Positions 23,823-34,818 of a stretch of 64,000 nt of DNA are shown here, one piece after another. The notes below the pieces were generated by a model that did not search any database, had not been told where the DNA came from, and was given only the letters and a program-made list of their open reading frames with translations. Position 1 is the stretch's first letter. Each line of letters opens with the position of its first letter. The stretch is from Zygnema circumcarinatum SAG 698-1b. Its lineage: Eukaryota > Plantae > Zygnematophyceae. The translations under genes and the position numbers were made by a program. Location: assembly GCA_037447605.1 (NCBI GenBank), contig CM074821.1:1302001-1366000 (forward strand), written 5' to 3'.

Positions 23823-26546
23823 TCACAAACTCTCTCTCGCTCTCGCTCCGTCTCTCTTCCGTTCTCGCTCTTTCGCGTACCCCCTCCTCTCGCTTCCCTT
23901 GTGATCGTCCATTTCTACTCTCTGTGTCACTCTCCCTTCCCCCCGCCACTCCTCCGCCCCTTTTTCCCTCTCCACATCCCTCACCTTCCTCCCTCCCGCT
24001 CCTCTCCCCTCCTGTCTCTCCCTCTCCCCCCCTCTGAACCCCTCTATCTGTCACTCCCTCCATTCTCTCCTCTCCCTCTCCTCCCCCATCCCTCTTTCCT
24101 TCCACCCTCCCGCGCTCTCCCCCTCTCCCCTCCCTCTGTCTCTCTCCCTCTGTCCCTCTCCCTCTCCTCTCTTTTTCCGTCCCTCCCTCCGCCTTCTCTC
24201 CGACCTCTCCCCCAATACCCTCCTCTCCCCGCCCGCTTCACCCCCCCATCCCCCCCTTCAGAATAACCACACACCCCCCCCCCCTCTCCCAAAGTAAGCC
24301 CCTCTCCGCCATAGCCCACCCTCAGCGCCTCCCCCTCCCCCTCCCCCTCCCCCTCTCCTGCACTCCCCCTCCCCCTCCCCTCCCCTCCCCTCCCCCTCCC
24401 CTCCCCTCCCACCCCTCCTGCCCTCCTCCCCCTCCCCTCCCCCTCCCCTCCGCCTCCCCCTCCCCCTCCCCCTCCCCTCCCCTCCGCCTCCCCCTCCCCC
24501 TCCCCCTCCCCCCCCTCCCCTCCCCCTCCCCTCCCCTCTCCCTCCCTCACCCCGCCAGCCTCTCCCTCTCCCTCCCCCTCCCCCTCCCTCTCCCTCCCCC
24601 TCCCTCACCCCGCCAGCCTCTCCCTCTCCCTCCTCCCCCCCTCCCCTCCCCTCCCCCTCCCCTCCCTCCCCTCCCCCTCCCCCTCCCCCTCCCCCTCCCC
24701 CTCCCCCTCCGCCTCCCCCTCCCCTCCCCCTCCCCTCCCCTCCGCCTCCCCCTCCCCCTCCCCCCTCCCCTCCCCCTCCCCTCCCCCTCCCCCTCCCCTC
24801 CCTCACCCCGCCAGCCTCTCCCTCTCCCTCCCCCTCCCCCTCCCTCTCCCTCCCCCTCCCTCACCCCGCCAGCCTCTCCCTCTCCCTCCCCCTCCCCTCC
24901 CCTCCCCTCCCCCTCCCCCTCCCCCACTCCCCTCCCCTCCCCTCCCCCTCCCCCTCCCCTCCCCCTCCCCCTCCCCACCCCCTCCCCCTCCCCTCCCCCT
25001 CCCCCTCCCCTCCGCCTCCCCCTCCCCCCTCCCCCTCCCCCTCCCCTCCCCCTCCCCCTCCCCTCCCCCTCCCCTCCCCTCCCCTCCCCTCCCCCTCCTC
25101 CGCCTCCCCCTCCCCTCCCTCCCCCTCTCTCCCACTTCTTGCCTCCTCCTCTCCCTCCCCTCCCCCTCCCCTCCCCCTCCCCTCCCCTCCCTCTCCCCTC
25201 CTGCCCATAGCCTCTCCCTGCCCTCCCCTCCCCACCCCCTCCTCCCCCTCCCCCTCCCTGCTCCCATATACACCCTCCCGGCCTCTCCTCTCCCTCCCCC
25301 TCCCCCTCCCCCTCTCCTCTCCTCACCCCACTCCAGCCTCTCCTCTCCTCCCCCTCCCCCTCCCCTCTCCTCCCCTCCCTCACCCCGCCAGCCTCTCCCT
25401 CTCCCTCCCCCTCCCCCTCCCCCTCTCCCTCTCCCTCACCCCGCCAGCCTCTCCCTCTCCCTCTCCCTCTCCCTCCTCCCCCCAGGCAGCGCTTTGCCAC
25501 CAGGCCTCCCCGTTCGAGGCTGCGTCATGAACGCCATGGCAGCCCCTCCCTCTGCGCGCTCTGGAGGCCGCCCGCAGCGGAGGCTGGCGCTGGCAGCGCC
25601 TGCGTTAGCGCCCGGCTTTCGTTGACCCGTGTACCGCAGGACGGCCGCCGCCCGACCGCCAGGACTGGGCCGTCAAGCGAGGGGCCGCGCACACGCGGGG
25701 GGCCTTCCAGACCGAGGTGACTAGGGTTGACTAGGGCTGACCAGGGCTGACCAGGGTTGACTAGAGCTGACTAGGACTGACCAGGGCTGACTAGAGCTGA
25801 CTAAAGCTGACTAGGACTGACCAGGGCTGACTAGAGCTGACTAGGGCTGACTAGGGCTAGCTAGGGTTGACCAGACTGGCTAGAGCTGGCTAGGGCTGAC
25901 CAGAGCTGACTAGGGCTGGCCAGGGCTGATTAGGGCTGTTCAGGTGGCACTGGGGCATTTCACACATGCGTCTACACTCATCAGGACTGTCCAGCACTCA
26001 CCCAGGGGATTTCTCTCATAAGACACTCAGGGTTGTCAGGTTGTTTAAGCCAGAATATATTCTTTCACATACTGAACCTAGTTTAGTCATCTAGAGTGTT
26101 GTAGGCTATCAGCCAGTTGACTGACTCATACATTCATTTGATATTTTGAACACTGTATGATGCTCCTCTGCATGTGAATAGGCCTCTCTGCACAAAACTG
26201 CACATAACATGACTCAAAGCATATGTTGCAAATATTGTTCTCCTGTTTTGCAGGTGGATGTGATCTCCAAAATGAGCCACCGGAACTTAGTCCGTCTGCT
26301 GGGCTTCTGCACGGAGCAGAATGAGCAGATTCTCGTGTACGAATACGTTGCCAATGGAACGCTTCGCCAGAATCTCGACAGAAGTACACTTCGTGCTCCT
26401 CCCCCTCTCTCCCTTTTCCTTCCCTTTCTCTCTCCTCCCTCCTGTCCATCCCATCACAAACATAAGCTATCAAAGTGCTGTAAACCAACCCGGGAAAACC
26501 TAAACTTAACTTCTTAAAGCTGCAAAATCTCTCTCTCTCTCTCTCC

Positions 26547-26645
<99 letters not shown>

Positions 26646-28469
26646 AGAGCCTGATTCAGCCGGCCTGACCTTTGAGGAGCGGCTGGACATTGCCATAGGC
26701 GCTGCACAGGGTCTGAATTACCTTCACAGTTTTGCGAAGCCCACAATCATTCACCAGGATGTGAAGTCCGACAACATTCTGCTGGACAGCAAGATGCAGG
26801 TCACCGGTTCGAACCTTGCGAGAGTATTCCTTTCACTTTAAATTTGAAACAGGACAATGTGCCCAAAATTGGGCACGAGGGAATTGGAATGGAATTTTGT
26901 TTTCCTTCATATCCGACTCAAAGACAGTCATTTTCCCCCAAAGCGAGCAGTGTGACTCTGACTTTAGTGACGAGGATCTTGACGTGACTATCGTTTTTTT
27001 CTCTCTCTCTCTCTCTCCCTCTCTCCCCTCTCCCCCCCTCTCTCCCTCCTCTCTCGCCCTCTCTCCCTCTCTCTCTCTCCCTTTTGTTTTCTCTTTTTCT
27101 TTCCACGCAGCCGAAGCTCGCAGACTTTGGTCTCCTGAAGGTTGTGCGCGAACGCGGCGGCAGCGTTGCGGGCACACCGGGGTACATGGACCCCGAGTAC
27201 GCCAAGGGCGGGCAGGCCACCGCGAGGAGCGACGTGTACAGGTGGGTAGGTGGGAGAGGACCCGGAGAGGACGGAGGGAGGAGAGAGGGGGGGAGCGGAG
27301 AGAGGGGAGACAGTGGGAGAGGAAGAGGGGAGGAAGGGAGAGGAGAGGAGAGGGAGAGGGAGTGGGAGAGGGAGAGGGAGAGAGAGAGGGNNNNNNNNNN
27401 GGGGAGGAGTCTACCGGTTTTGACACCTTTAAAGCTGATGAGGAGAATTCTAAATAGTTTTGAGGCACTCATACTTTCTCCCCTGCTCCGTTTTGCTGTT
27501 CCCATCGTATAAGTGTCCTTAGGATAGGTTGGAACAGTCGACTCAGTTTACTCCTCTTTCTGACATGGCTTCACTTTTATCTCACTGTCTCGTCGTCTTT
27601 CTCTATTTCAATCGTCTCCATACCTTCCCCCTCCCTCTCTCTCCCCCCTCTCTCGCGTTCCCTATCCCTCACTCTCTCCCTCTATCTTTCTCTCTCCTCT
27701 CTCTCCCTCTCTTGCAGCTTTGGCGTGGTCCTTTTGGAGCTCATCACGGGCCGGCCGCCTCTTCTGAACGAACCTCCTCCTGAGGAGGAAGGCTACAAAC
27801 TCACACTCGCAGACTGGGTATTCCCGAAAACTCCAAAACCCAAATTTCAAAACCCAACCAAAAACCACTCTACCATCCCCCCCATCTCCCTCTCCCCCCT
27901 CTCCCAACCCCCTTAACCCCCACCTCTGATCCCCTCTCCCACCCCTCCCTCTGCAGGCTCTCCCTCTCATCAAGGAGGGCGACATTGCCTCTCTCACAGA
28001 CCCCCTCCTTGTAGGCTCCTCCTTCCCTACAGACGCCCTCCAAATGCTCGCAAATGTTGCTGGGATGTGCCTTCAACGCGCGGCTAAGGACCGACCAGAC
28101 ATGGCCGAAGTCGCGTGGCGATTGGCTGAAATAAAAAGCCGATCTCTCCCCCCCTCCGAGGCACAGTCCTTCCACAGCATGATGCGGCTGGCGAGTCAAG
28201 ATCGGCCCTCGGCCTCCGAGTCAGAGTCGAACTCGTTCACAAAGTCAAGATCGGACCCGTTGACTTTTGACTCGGGGCGGCATCCGACGGCCATTGGCGG
28301 AGTGCCGAGCGCGGGGGAGCACGGGCTGACCGAGGCGAAGTTGGCTCACGCCAACTTTTTTCGACCGAGGAGAAAGTTTCAGGTCACGGCGGAGTCGTCT
28401 AGAAGCACTCAGGAGGAGGCCTCAAGTAGTGAGGGGTATGGGAGGAATGTGAGGTCGAAACCACGATGA
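14963..28469 (+). CDS. Leucine-rich-repeat receptor-like kinase, LRR-VIII-1-like (HPCA1/At1g79620-like ectodomain), non-RD kinase
   Basis: Signal peptide exon 14963-15104 and LRRNT exon ~15614-15762 ([27 protein letters not shown]). About 14 LRR exons of ~70 nt start near 15981, 16431, 17049, 17306, 17661, 17985, 18391, 18606, 18829, 19276, 19693, 20250, 20490 and 20724 (e.g. [40 protein letters not shown]). Cys-rich juxtamembrane exon ~21149-21430 ([32 protein letters not shown]), then ~21966-22146, a Pro-rich microexon ~23194-23230 and a TM exon ~23620-23742 ([22 protein letters not shown]). Kinase exons: ~25480-25716 (garbled; DWAVKR..FQTE), 26254-26383 ([24 protein letters not shown]), 26648-26799 ([19 protein letters not shown]), 27111-27241 ([23 protein letters not shown]), 27719-27817 ([12 protein letters not shown]) and 27957-28469 ([12 protein letters not shown]). 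Confidence 0.92.
21632..21845. repeat. Degenerate telomere-like (CCCTAA/CCCTAAA) array in an RLK intron
   Basis: Repeated accctaa/aacctaa/ccctaat variants. Confidence 0.8.
23763..25480. repeat. Long low-complexity C/T (CCCCT/CCCT) tract with repeated ccctcaccccgccagcctctccctct units
   Basis: Almost purely pyrimidine on the + strand; source of the spurious Gly/Glu/Arg ORFs. Confidence 0.9.
25716..25940. repeat. 10-bp tandem repeat (GACTAGGGCT/GACCAGGGCT), about 22 copies
   Basis: Starts at the splice donor after ..FQTE and continues with 10-bp periodicity. Confidence 0.92.
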
Positions 28470-29926
28470 GACATGGGAGGGGGGGNNNNNNNNNNAGGGA
28501 GGGGAGGGAGGGAGGGAGGGAAAGGGAGGGTGAGTGGGTGGGAGGGAGGGAGGGAAGGGAGGGAGGGAAGGGAGGGGAGGGGAGGGAGGGAAGGGTTTTG
28601 TGGAGTTTAGGGTTCAGAGTTAAAGTACCCGTGCGGGGTATATATTGTTTTTTCCGGGTATACTTTTTTGTTGGTATATGTCCAGGCTTGGGCGTGCTCG
28701 AAGAGTTATTTCCTGAACGCCGACATTATTTGTAATGTGTCGGCGATTTTTTAGGGGCTCTAAATCATTTCTTAGCAATAATTCTTTCGCCGGAGGGGGA
28801 GGAAAAGGGGAAGGATGGCAGGAAATTACTGTTAGGCCGCCTTTGCAAAATTTGTACAGGAAAGGGCTTTTTTTATTTAGGTCTGTTTTGCCCTCGAACG
28901 GGCCGAGCTATTCGATACTCATTTTTTTTTTTTTATATTTAAGCCGAGAATTTTTCCCGCGAAGTCCTCTTGTTGGGTTGTGCACCTTGTTTGGCTCTAT
29001 TTTAGTCTATGCTTGACTAAGCTGTGTAACCAGCCAAAGGAACTCTCTGAGCGCTGCCAGCTTTAGCTCCATGCGGGGCCCAGGGCAGGTCAGCCACTCG
29101 CTTTGGTCATTAGTCAGATCTCGAAACATCAGTCTGGCCATTAGTTGGGCCTGAAATAGTCAACGATAGCCTTAGCCACTGCTAAAACCCTCAAAAGGAG
29201 GATGGCCTCGACATCATGAGTTTCATGCACTTCCCCCCTTTCCTAAAAATTCTAAAAATCTTAAAAACCCTAGAAACCCTGAAACTCTAAGAAATCCTAA
29301 AAACTGGTTAGTCAGATCCTGACTAAATGCGATGGCCACTGTACCGTCAGCGCTGACGCACTCGTCAAATCACGGACTGTACGAAAACCACAAACGACAA
29401 AGGGTACAGTACGGAGATGCACAAAAAGGTACACATGTACGGGTTTTATTTACCATCTTTAACTTCCGTACCGTCGGCAGGAGAGATAAAATGTTTTCTG
29501 ACCGACCCGACAAAATAGGGTACGCCCAAAAAGCAAGCCGCAATGATTACCTGCCACGTGGTATATGCCCGTTGGCCCGCGACCCGTTGAAGGCCACTTT
29601 GGACCGTTCAGAAATTGCCGTTGCGAAAAAATGGGCCTTTGAGCGATCCAACGGTCCAGATCTCCCGGATCCGACGGCGTAATTTCCGCCACCCTCTCTG
29701 GCAAACGGTCGGCGCCACCGACCTCCCGCCCGTAACCCCTTCCCGGAAGCTTCCTCTCCCCTGACATTCTCCGCATTTCGCCGTACGCCGCGGCGCGCCG
29801 CGCATGCCCCTGCACGTCTTAAAGGGCTAATGACCTACTGACGCTCTACCACTCTCACTCTCTCTCTCTCCCCCTCTATCTCGCTCTCTTTTCGCTCTCT
29901 CCTAGTCTGAGCTCCGTGAGGCATTC

Positions 29927-30808
29927 ATGGCCGCCTCTTTCCTCTTCTCCCGGGCAGTGGCGCTCGTCCTTTCCCTCCTCATCGTCCTTTCCCTCTCCCT
30001 CTCCTCCTCCGCACGGCCTCTCTCCCTCCCCCTCTCCCTCCCCCACGGCGCGGCTTGCACGCTGGGCGCCAGCAGGGACTGGGCTCCTCCTTTCTGCGAA
30101 GATGGCGTTCTCTCCTGCCTCGTTTCGGAGATTTCTCCCGCGCCTGCTCCCGCTACCACTCCCACTACCGCAGGCGAGGAGGAAGCGGGAGAGGGAGAAG
30201 GAGAGGGAGCGGGAGAGAGGCAGGCGCCCGCCTCCCGCACCACCGCCATCCTCCGCGGGACATGCCACTCTAACCTCTCCTCCGCCTCGTACTGCGCCGT
30301 GGGGCCCTTTAATTTCGCCGTGGGAGTCAGAAATATTTCCAGTTTTGGGCCCTCCTCCTGCGAGAGCTGCAGCTGTACCCTCCACGCGGACCTCCCGACG
30401 GCAAACAAGGCGCGCTGTGACTGCGACCCCCTGCCTCCGTGCTACATAGAACCGTCGGGGGCAACGCTAGTTGGGCACGGATGTCCGTACTCAGTTCAGA
30501 GCAACTGCGTTATTACGGTGCCACGTGGCGGCCCGGAGATCGCCCGCCGAGGAAAAATCCTAAAAACCCCAAAGTTTAAGAAAACCCTAAAAACGCATTT
30601 GGGGCGCTGCCAGGCGCCGCAAGTCCCGGTTTGCGTGTCGGCGGGGCGGGGGTGGGGGCCCTATTTCTATGCTGTTGGGACTAACGGAATGGTTAAACCG
30701 GGGGACGCCTGTTCCGTGTGCTCCTGCGGGGAGGGCGGCGTTGTGGAGAACTGCACCCGCCTGGAGGACTGCTCGGAAGGGTCCAATTCGAAAATCTCAT
30801 TTTTTTGA
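29927..30808 (+). CDS. Putative secreted cysteine-rich protein of unknown family with CxxCxC (VWC/pacifastin-like) repeats
   Basis: 293-codon GC-rich ORF after a (CT)n leader. It has a hydrophobic signal-like N-terminus ([29 protein letters not shown]), about 19 Cys, a PAPAPATTPT linker and two C..(F/Y)aVG....C-x2-C-x-C modules. A probable in-frame 96-nt intron lies at 30518-30613 (AT-rich aaaccctaaaa content, GT..CAG). The 3' end may continue by splicing. Confidence 0.7.
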   Translation: MAASFLFSRAVALVLSLLIVLSLSLSSSARPLSLPLSLPHGAACTLGASRDWAPPFCEDGVLSCLVSEISPAPAPATTPTTAGEEEAGEGEGEGAGERQAPASRTTAILRGTCHSNLSSASYCAVGPFNFAVGVRNISSFGPSSCESCSCTLHADLPTANKARCDCDPLPPCYIEPSGATLVGHGCPYSVQSNCVITVPRGGPEIARRGKILKTPKFKKTLKTHLGRCQAPQVPVCVSAGRGWGPYFYAVGTNGMVKPGDACSVCSCGEGGVVENCTRLEDCSEGSNSKISFF

Positions 30809-32360
30809 TTTTAAATTTTTTATTTTACTCAATTGGATTTTGAGTGGTCGGTGCGGAGGTTTGAACTTGGAGCTGGGACTTTGAAATTTACATGGAAAAG
30901 GGAAGGAGGAACGGCATACGGAACTGAACGGAGGGCATGTAGACGGAGGGGGGAGGAGGAAAAGGCAACGGTGTTGCCTTGGGGTTCTATGTGTCAGTTC
31001 AGCCTCGCTCGGGCTGTTGGGAGGGAAAAAAATCACAAGCAGAGGAAGCATTTTTTGTTGGGCACATTTTTAGGGTTTTACGGGGTTTTGATTTGGTTCC
31101 ATTATAGCGCTTTTCTCTAACATTTTTTGGGAAGCACAGGTGTTGCAATTTTTTTTTTTTTTTTCTCAGTGGGCGGTTTGGAATTGCCTGCCGAGAAAAA
31201 GCGCGAATTCTTTTTGTTTTTTTTCACGTTCAGTTATTCTTTTTATGACTTGACTACGCAGCTTGTTCAGGAGTAGTGTAAATAGAGATTTCGGTAACAT
31301 TTAGAGGGCTAGCATTGGTTATTATTATTACATTTTCCGATTCGATTTTTTTGTCTGATGGAATTTTTGCAGCTTGCCCAAATCTGCATTATTGTGTTGT
31401 GACAGAAACCTGCCACGTGCCATGTGATGGTGTTGATCCTCCAGTTTGAGTTTTACTCCCTTTCCATTTCCTCTCCTCTTCCCCTTTTTTTTTTTGTTTG
31501 TTTGTTTGTTTTTGTCTTTAATCCTTTGTTTACGATGATGATGTTATTTCGATGGCAATGCTGATGTGATATATATATTGCGCTGGTTGAATTGCTTGAT
31601 TGATATTGTAGATAATCTGCTGGTCCAAAGAATGGCTACGAAAAAAATGCAAGCAGAAGTGCCTAGTAACGTTCTATTATTCATGCTGCCCCCCCCCCCC
31701 CCAATTTTGTTTTTTTCCCCTTTCCTACTCCGTAGGTGCAGTCCCTTCCTCTCCCTTTAGACGCTAATCTGCCTGACACACTGAAAGCCATAAAACCCTG
31801 AAAACTCTGAAAACCCCAGAAGCCCTTAAAACCTTAAAACCCTTAAAAACATATGAAATCCAAGAAAAATGAAATGCGTACTTGATACTCGGTTTGCGCA
31901 GAGCGGACTCTATTAAAAAAAAGGGGCGAATGAGGTTGAGGCTTTCTTTACATGGTTCAAACCGGTGCTATGAAAAATGACTTCAGTCAAGTCAAGTCAG
32001 TTCTTAGCCAAGCCATCAGCCAAGTTAAGCCAGTGAACGCTCCGTTAAACCGCCTGTGAGCGCTCCACTGACATTCTGACAGCTGGCGGATGTGTTCTGG
32101 AATTGGTGCCGTACACAATGGATGACCTGTCAATGATGTGCCATGCTGGCAGCTGGACAGCCGTGTGCAAGATTTTAGGTTTCGGGTTTGAAGGTTTTGG
32201 GTTTATCGGCCTCCATAAAATGTACATAACGGTCCTACGCCCCATGCACACACATAGCAAGAACAACACCCCAACATTCACACATACACACAACCCTAAA
32301 TAAATCCCTGAACCCTCCTCCCTCATAACCTCTAAAACCGCCAGCTTCCACTTACTCCCT

Positions 32361-32580
32361 AAACCCTAAACCCTCAACCCTCAACCCTCAACCCTAACCC
32401 CTAACCCCTAAACCCTGACCCCTAAACCCTAACCCCTAAACCCCAAACCCCAAACCCCAAACCCCTAATCCCTAAACCCTAAACCCTAAACCCTAAACCC
32501 TAAACCCCAAACCCCTAAACCCTAAACCCTAACCCCTTAACCCCAAACCCCTAAACCCTAAACCCTAAGCCCTAAACCCT
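32361..32580. repeat. Telomere-like (CCCTAAA/CCCTAA/CCCCAAA)n array immediately downstream of the COQ4 stop
   Basis: About 30 units including perfect CCCTAAA runs. Confidence 0.9.
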
Positions 32581-32581
32581 T

Positions 32582-34541
32582 TCAAAGCATGCCTTCCCCA
32601 GTCTTCGGAGCCGGCGTGATCCTCCACCTCCTCCTCACCTCCTCCAAGTCCTCCTCGAACGCCCTCTCATAGTAAATGCACATGAGGTCCGCCGCCCTCT
32701 GCCCGGCCCGTACGGCCCACGGGTAGTACGTGTCACGTAACGCCGTTCTCTGTTGCAACGGCAAACGGAACGGCCCCCCCGCAACAGCGAGCGCGCACAT
32801 GGGAAGGCCCGTCTGGACGAGCTCGACCATTTTCAGGGCCAGTTCGCCGGAAACGGTCGTACGGCAACCGAAAAGGACGTGCCAGAAATCATGCACTTCT
32901 CGAGCGCTGCATGGCCGGGGAGAGATTTTGGGTTAGAGGGATGTGGAAATTTTGGGAAAATTTTGGGTCTTTTGGAATATGAACCCAAAAGGAAAAGGCA
33001 GTGGGGACTTCACATTTGATGGTGTAGACTTAACAAAATCTTACGAACAGAAAAGTTTCGGGAATAAAAAAAAAAAACAAAAAAGTTTCGGAGCTTTTGG
33101 TCTCAAACTTTCGAACAGCTTTTAAGTCTGGCTCCCCCTAATCGAGCTAAACCTAAGAAGCGTAAGAATTTAGGATATTAAAAATTTAAAAGTTTTAATT
33201 TTTTTTTGATGTTAGAAGTTAGAGAGCTTACCGTGCTGCCACGTAGGCGAGATCCGGATTGTCGACGAATCGGACGGGAGGACGGTCATCTGCAGAGAAA
33301 TTTCTTCTGCCCATAAATTGGGCGTAGGCTGCCCCAAAAGTATTTTCCGGAAGGTCCCACGCGTGGCCGACTGCTGCAGAAGTGACACGTGGGCGCTCCG
33401 CCAAAATGGCCTACAAAGTTAAAAATAAAAAAAAACGGAATAGAAGAAAATTACACATTGCTGCCCTACAAAAATTGACCACCTAACCCTAAACTCTGAA
33501 CCTTAACTCTAATCCTAACCCTAAAGTCTGAAATTTGAGCCTAATCCTAATCCTAAACTCTAAACCTAACCCCTATTCCTAACCCTAACTCTTAATTCTA
33601 ACCCTAATCCTAACCCTAAACTCTGAGCTGCCTAACCCCTAACATAAAAAACTGAACCCTAACATATTTTAAGTTTATGGTTCTGAAGAATCAATTGCCA
33701 TAAAGCAAAGGCATGCAGGTTTTTTTTTCAAGGATCACATTTCTAAAATAGCGCTTCATGAACCTTGGAACTGAGCAGCCCAAAATGGCTTCTTCTTGAA
33801 GAGGGGGACACAGTTTGGCCTGCCTTGACCACTTTGAAGCACTACTTCTCGCGAGTAAAAACCTAAATCTGAAAAACTTAAGGCTCTAAATAAACCCTAA
33901 TTTTGACCTACCAATAAGAATTAAAAAACCTACAACATGCTCAAACTTAATCAAAGTTAATCTTTTAAATTTTTCACCCGTAATTACTCTAATCCTGAAA
34001 ATGCTTAAAAAAAATACATGTTGAGTCTCACCCGCCCTTCCCGGTCGACCTTCATCCTCTGCAGCATCCGTCCGTACGCTTGGACACCTGTCGTCTCCCC
34101 GAGGGCCGCCACGAGGTCGGCACGCGCCGGATTGGCCAGCGCGGTTAGGGCTGAGCTGGCAGCGATGACGGCCTTCTGCCACGTGGCGGTCGGAACATGG
34201 GTGTCGTACAGAGGAGGCCCTGCATGTGCGCGGGCCGAAGACCCTAAACCTAAAATTTAAAACCTTAAACTTAAAAGAAAATTAGAAGAAAATTAGAATT
34301 GAAGTAAAAAAAAACCATTTTCAAAAAGCTGACTTAATCGAGAATAGAGCAGTTTTCAACCTGCAGTGGAGAATATATAACGTGTCCCCAACGCTTCTTG
34401 TCTTCCCAAAGCATCAATTTCTACTTTATTTAACTTCAAAAAATGAAAATTTGGATCGACGGAAACGCCATTTGCAGAAGCAGCAACTCCGAGCAATGAT
34501 CGAGAACGATAAAAAGTGGGCTCCAAGCTTCTGAGCAGCAT
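32582..34541 (-). CDS. COQ4: Ubiquinone biosynthesis protein COQ4, mitochondrial
   Basis: Exons 34541-34361 ([15 protein letters not shown].. transit-like), 34219-34032 ([41 protein letters not shown]), 33410-33232 ([50 protein letters not shown]) and 32906-32582 ([47 protein letters not shown]). Phases match, and the HDxxH..E metal motif is present. Confidence 0.96.
33485..33662. repeat. Degenerate telomere-like array in COQ4 intron 2
   Basis: cctaaccctaa/tcctaa variants. Confidence 0.8.
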
Positions 34542-34818
34542 CGTTTTCTTTTCCAGGAGGATAAAATGGGAGAAATTTCTAAGGATATTTTCAAGCAGAC
34601 AAAGGGCAGCTGGAAACCCTACAAAGGAGCCTCAGAAAACGTGCGACGAATGCTTTTTAACCTAAAAAATAAAATCCTGCTCAAACCCCCCAAGAATTCC
34701 GACAGAAAGTCTGGGTAAATGATACGTCTCAGACTCTCTATTTTTTTTTTTAAATATTTTTAATATCTATCTATCTCTTTAATATCTTTTAAAACTTTAC
34801 GCTTGCTCGTCTGCAGAG

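Noticed and set aside
32361-32580. Telomere-like array as a true chromosome end
   Set aside because: It is internal, degenerate and flanked by unique sequence and an intact COQ4 gene.
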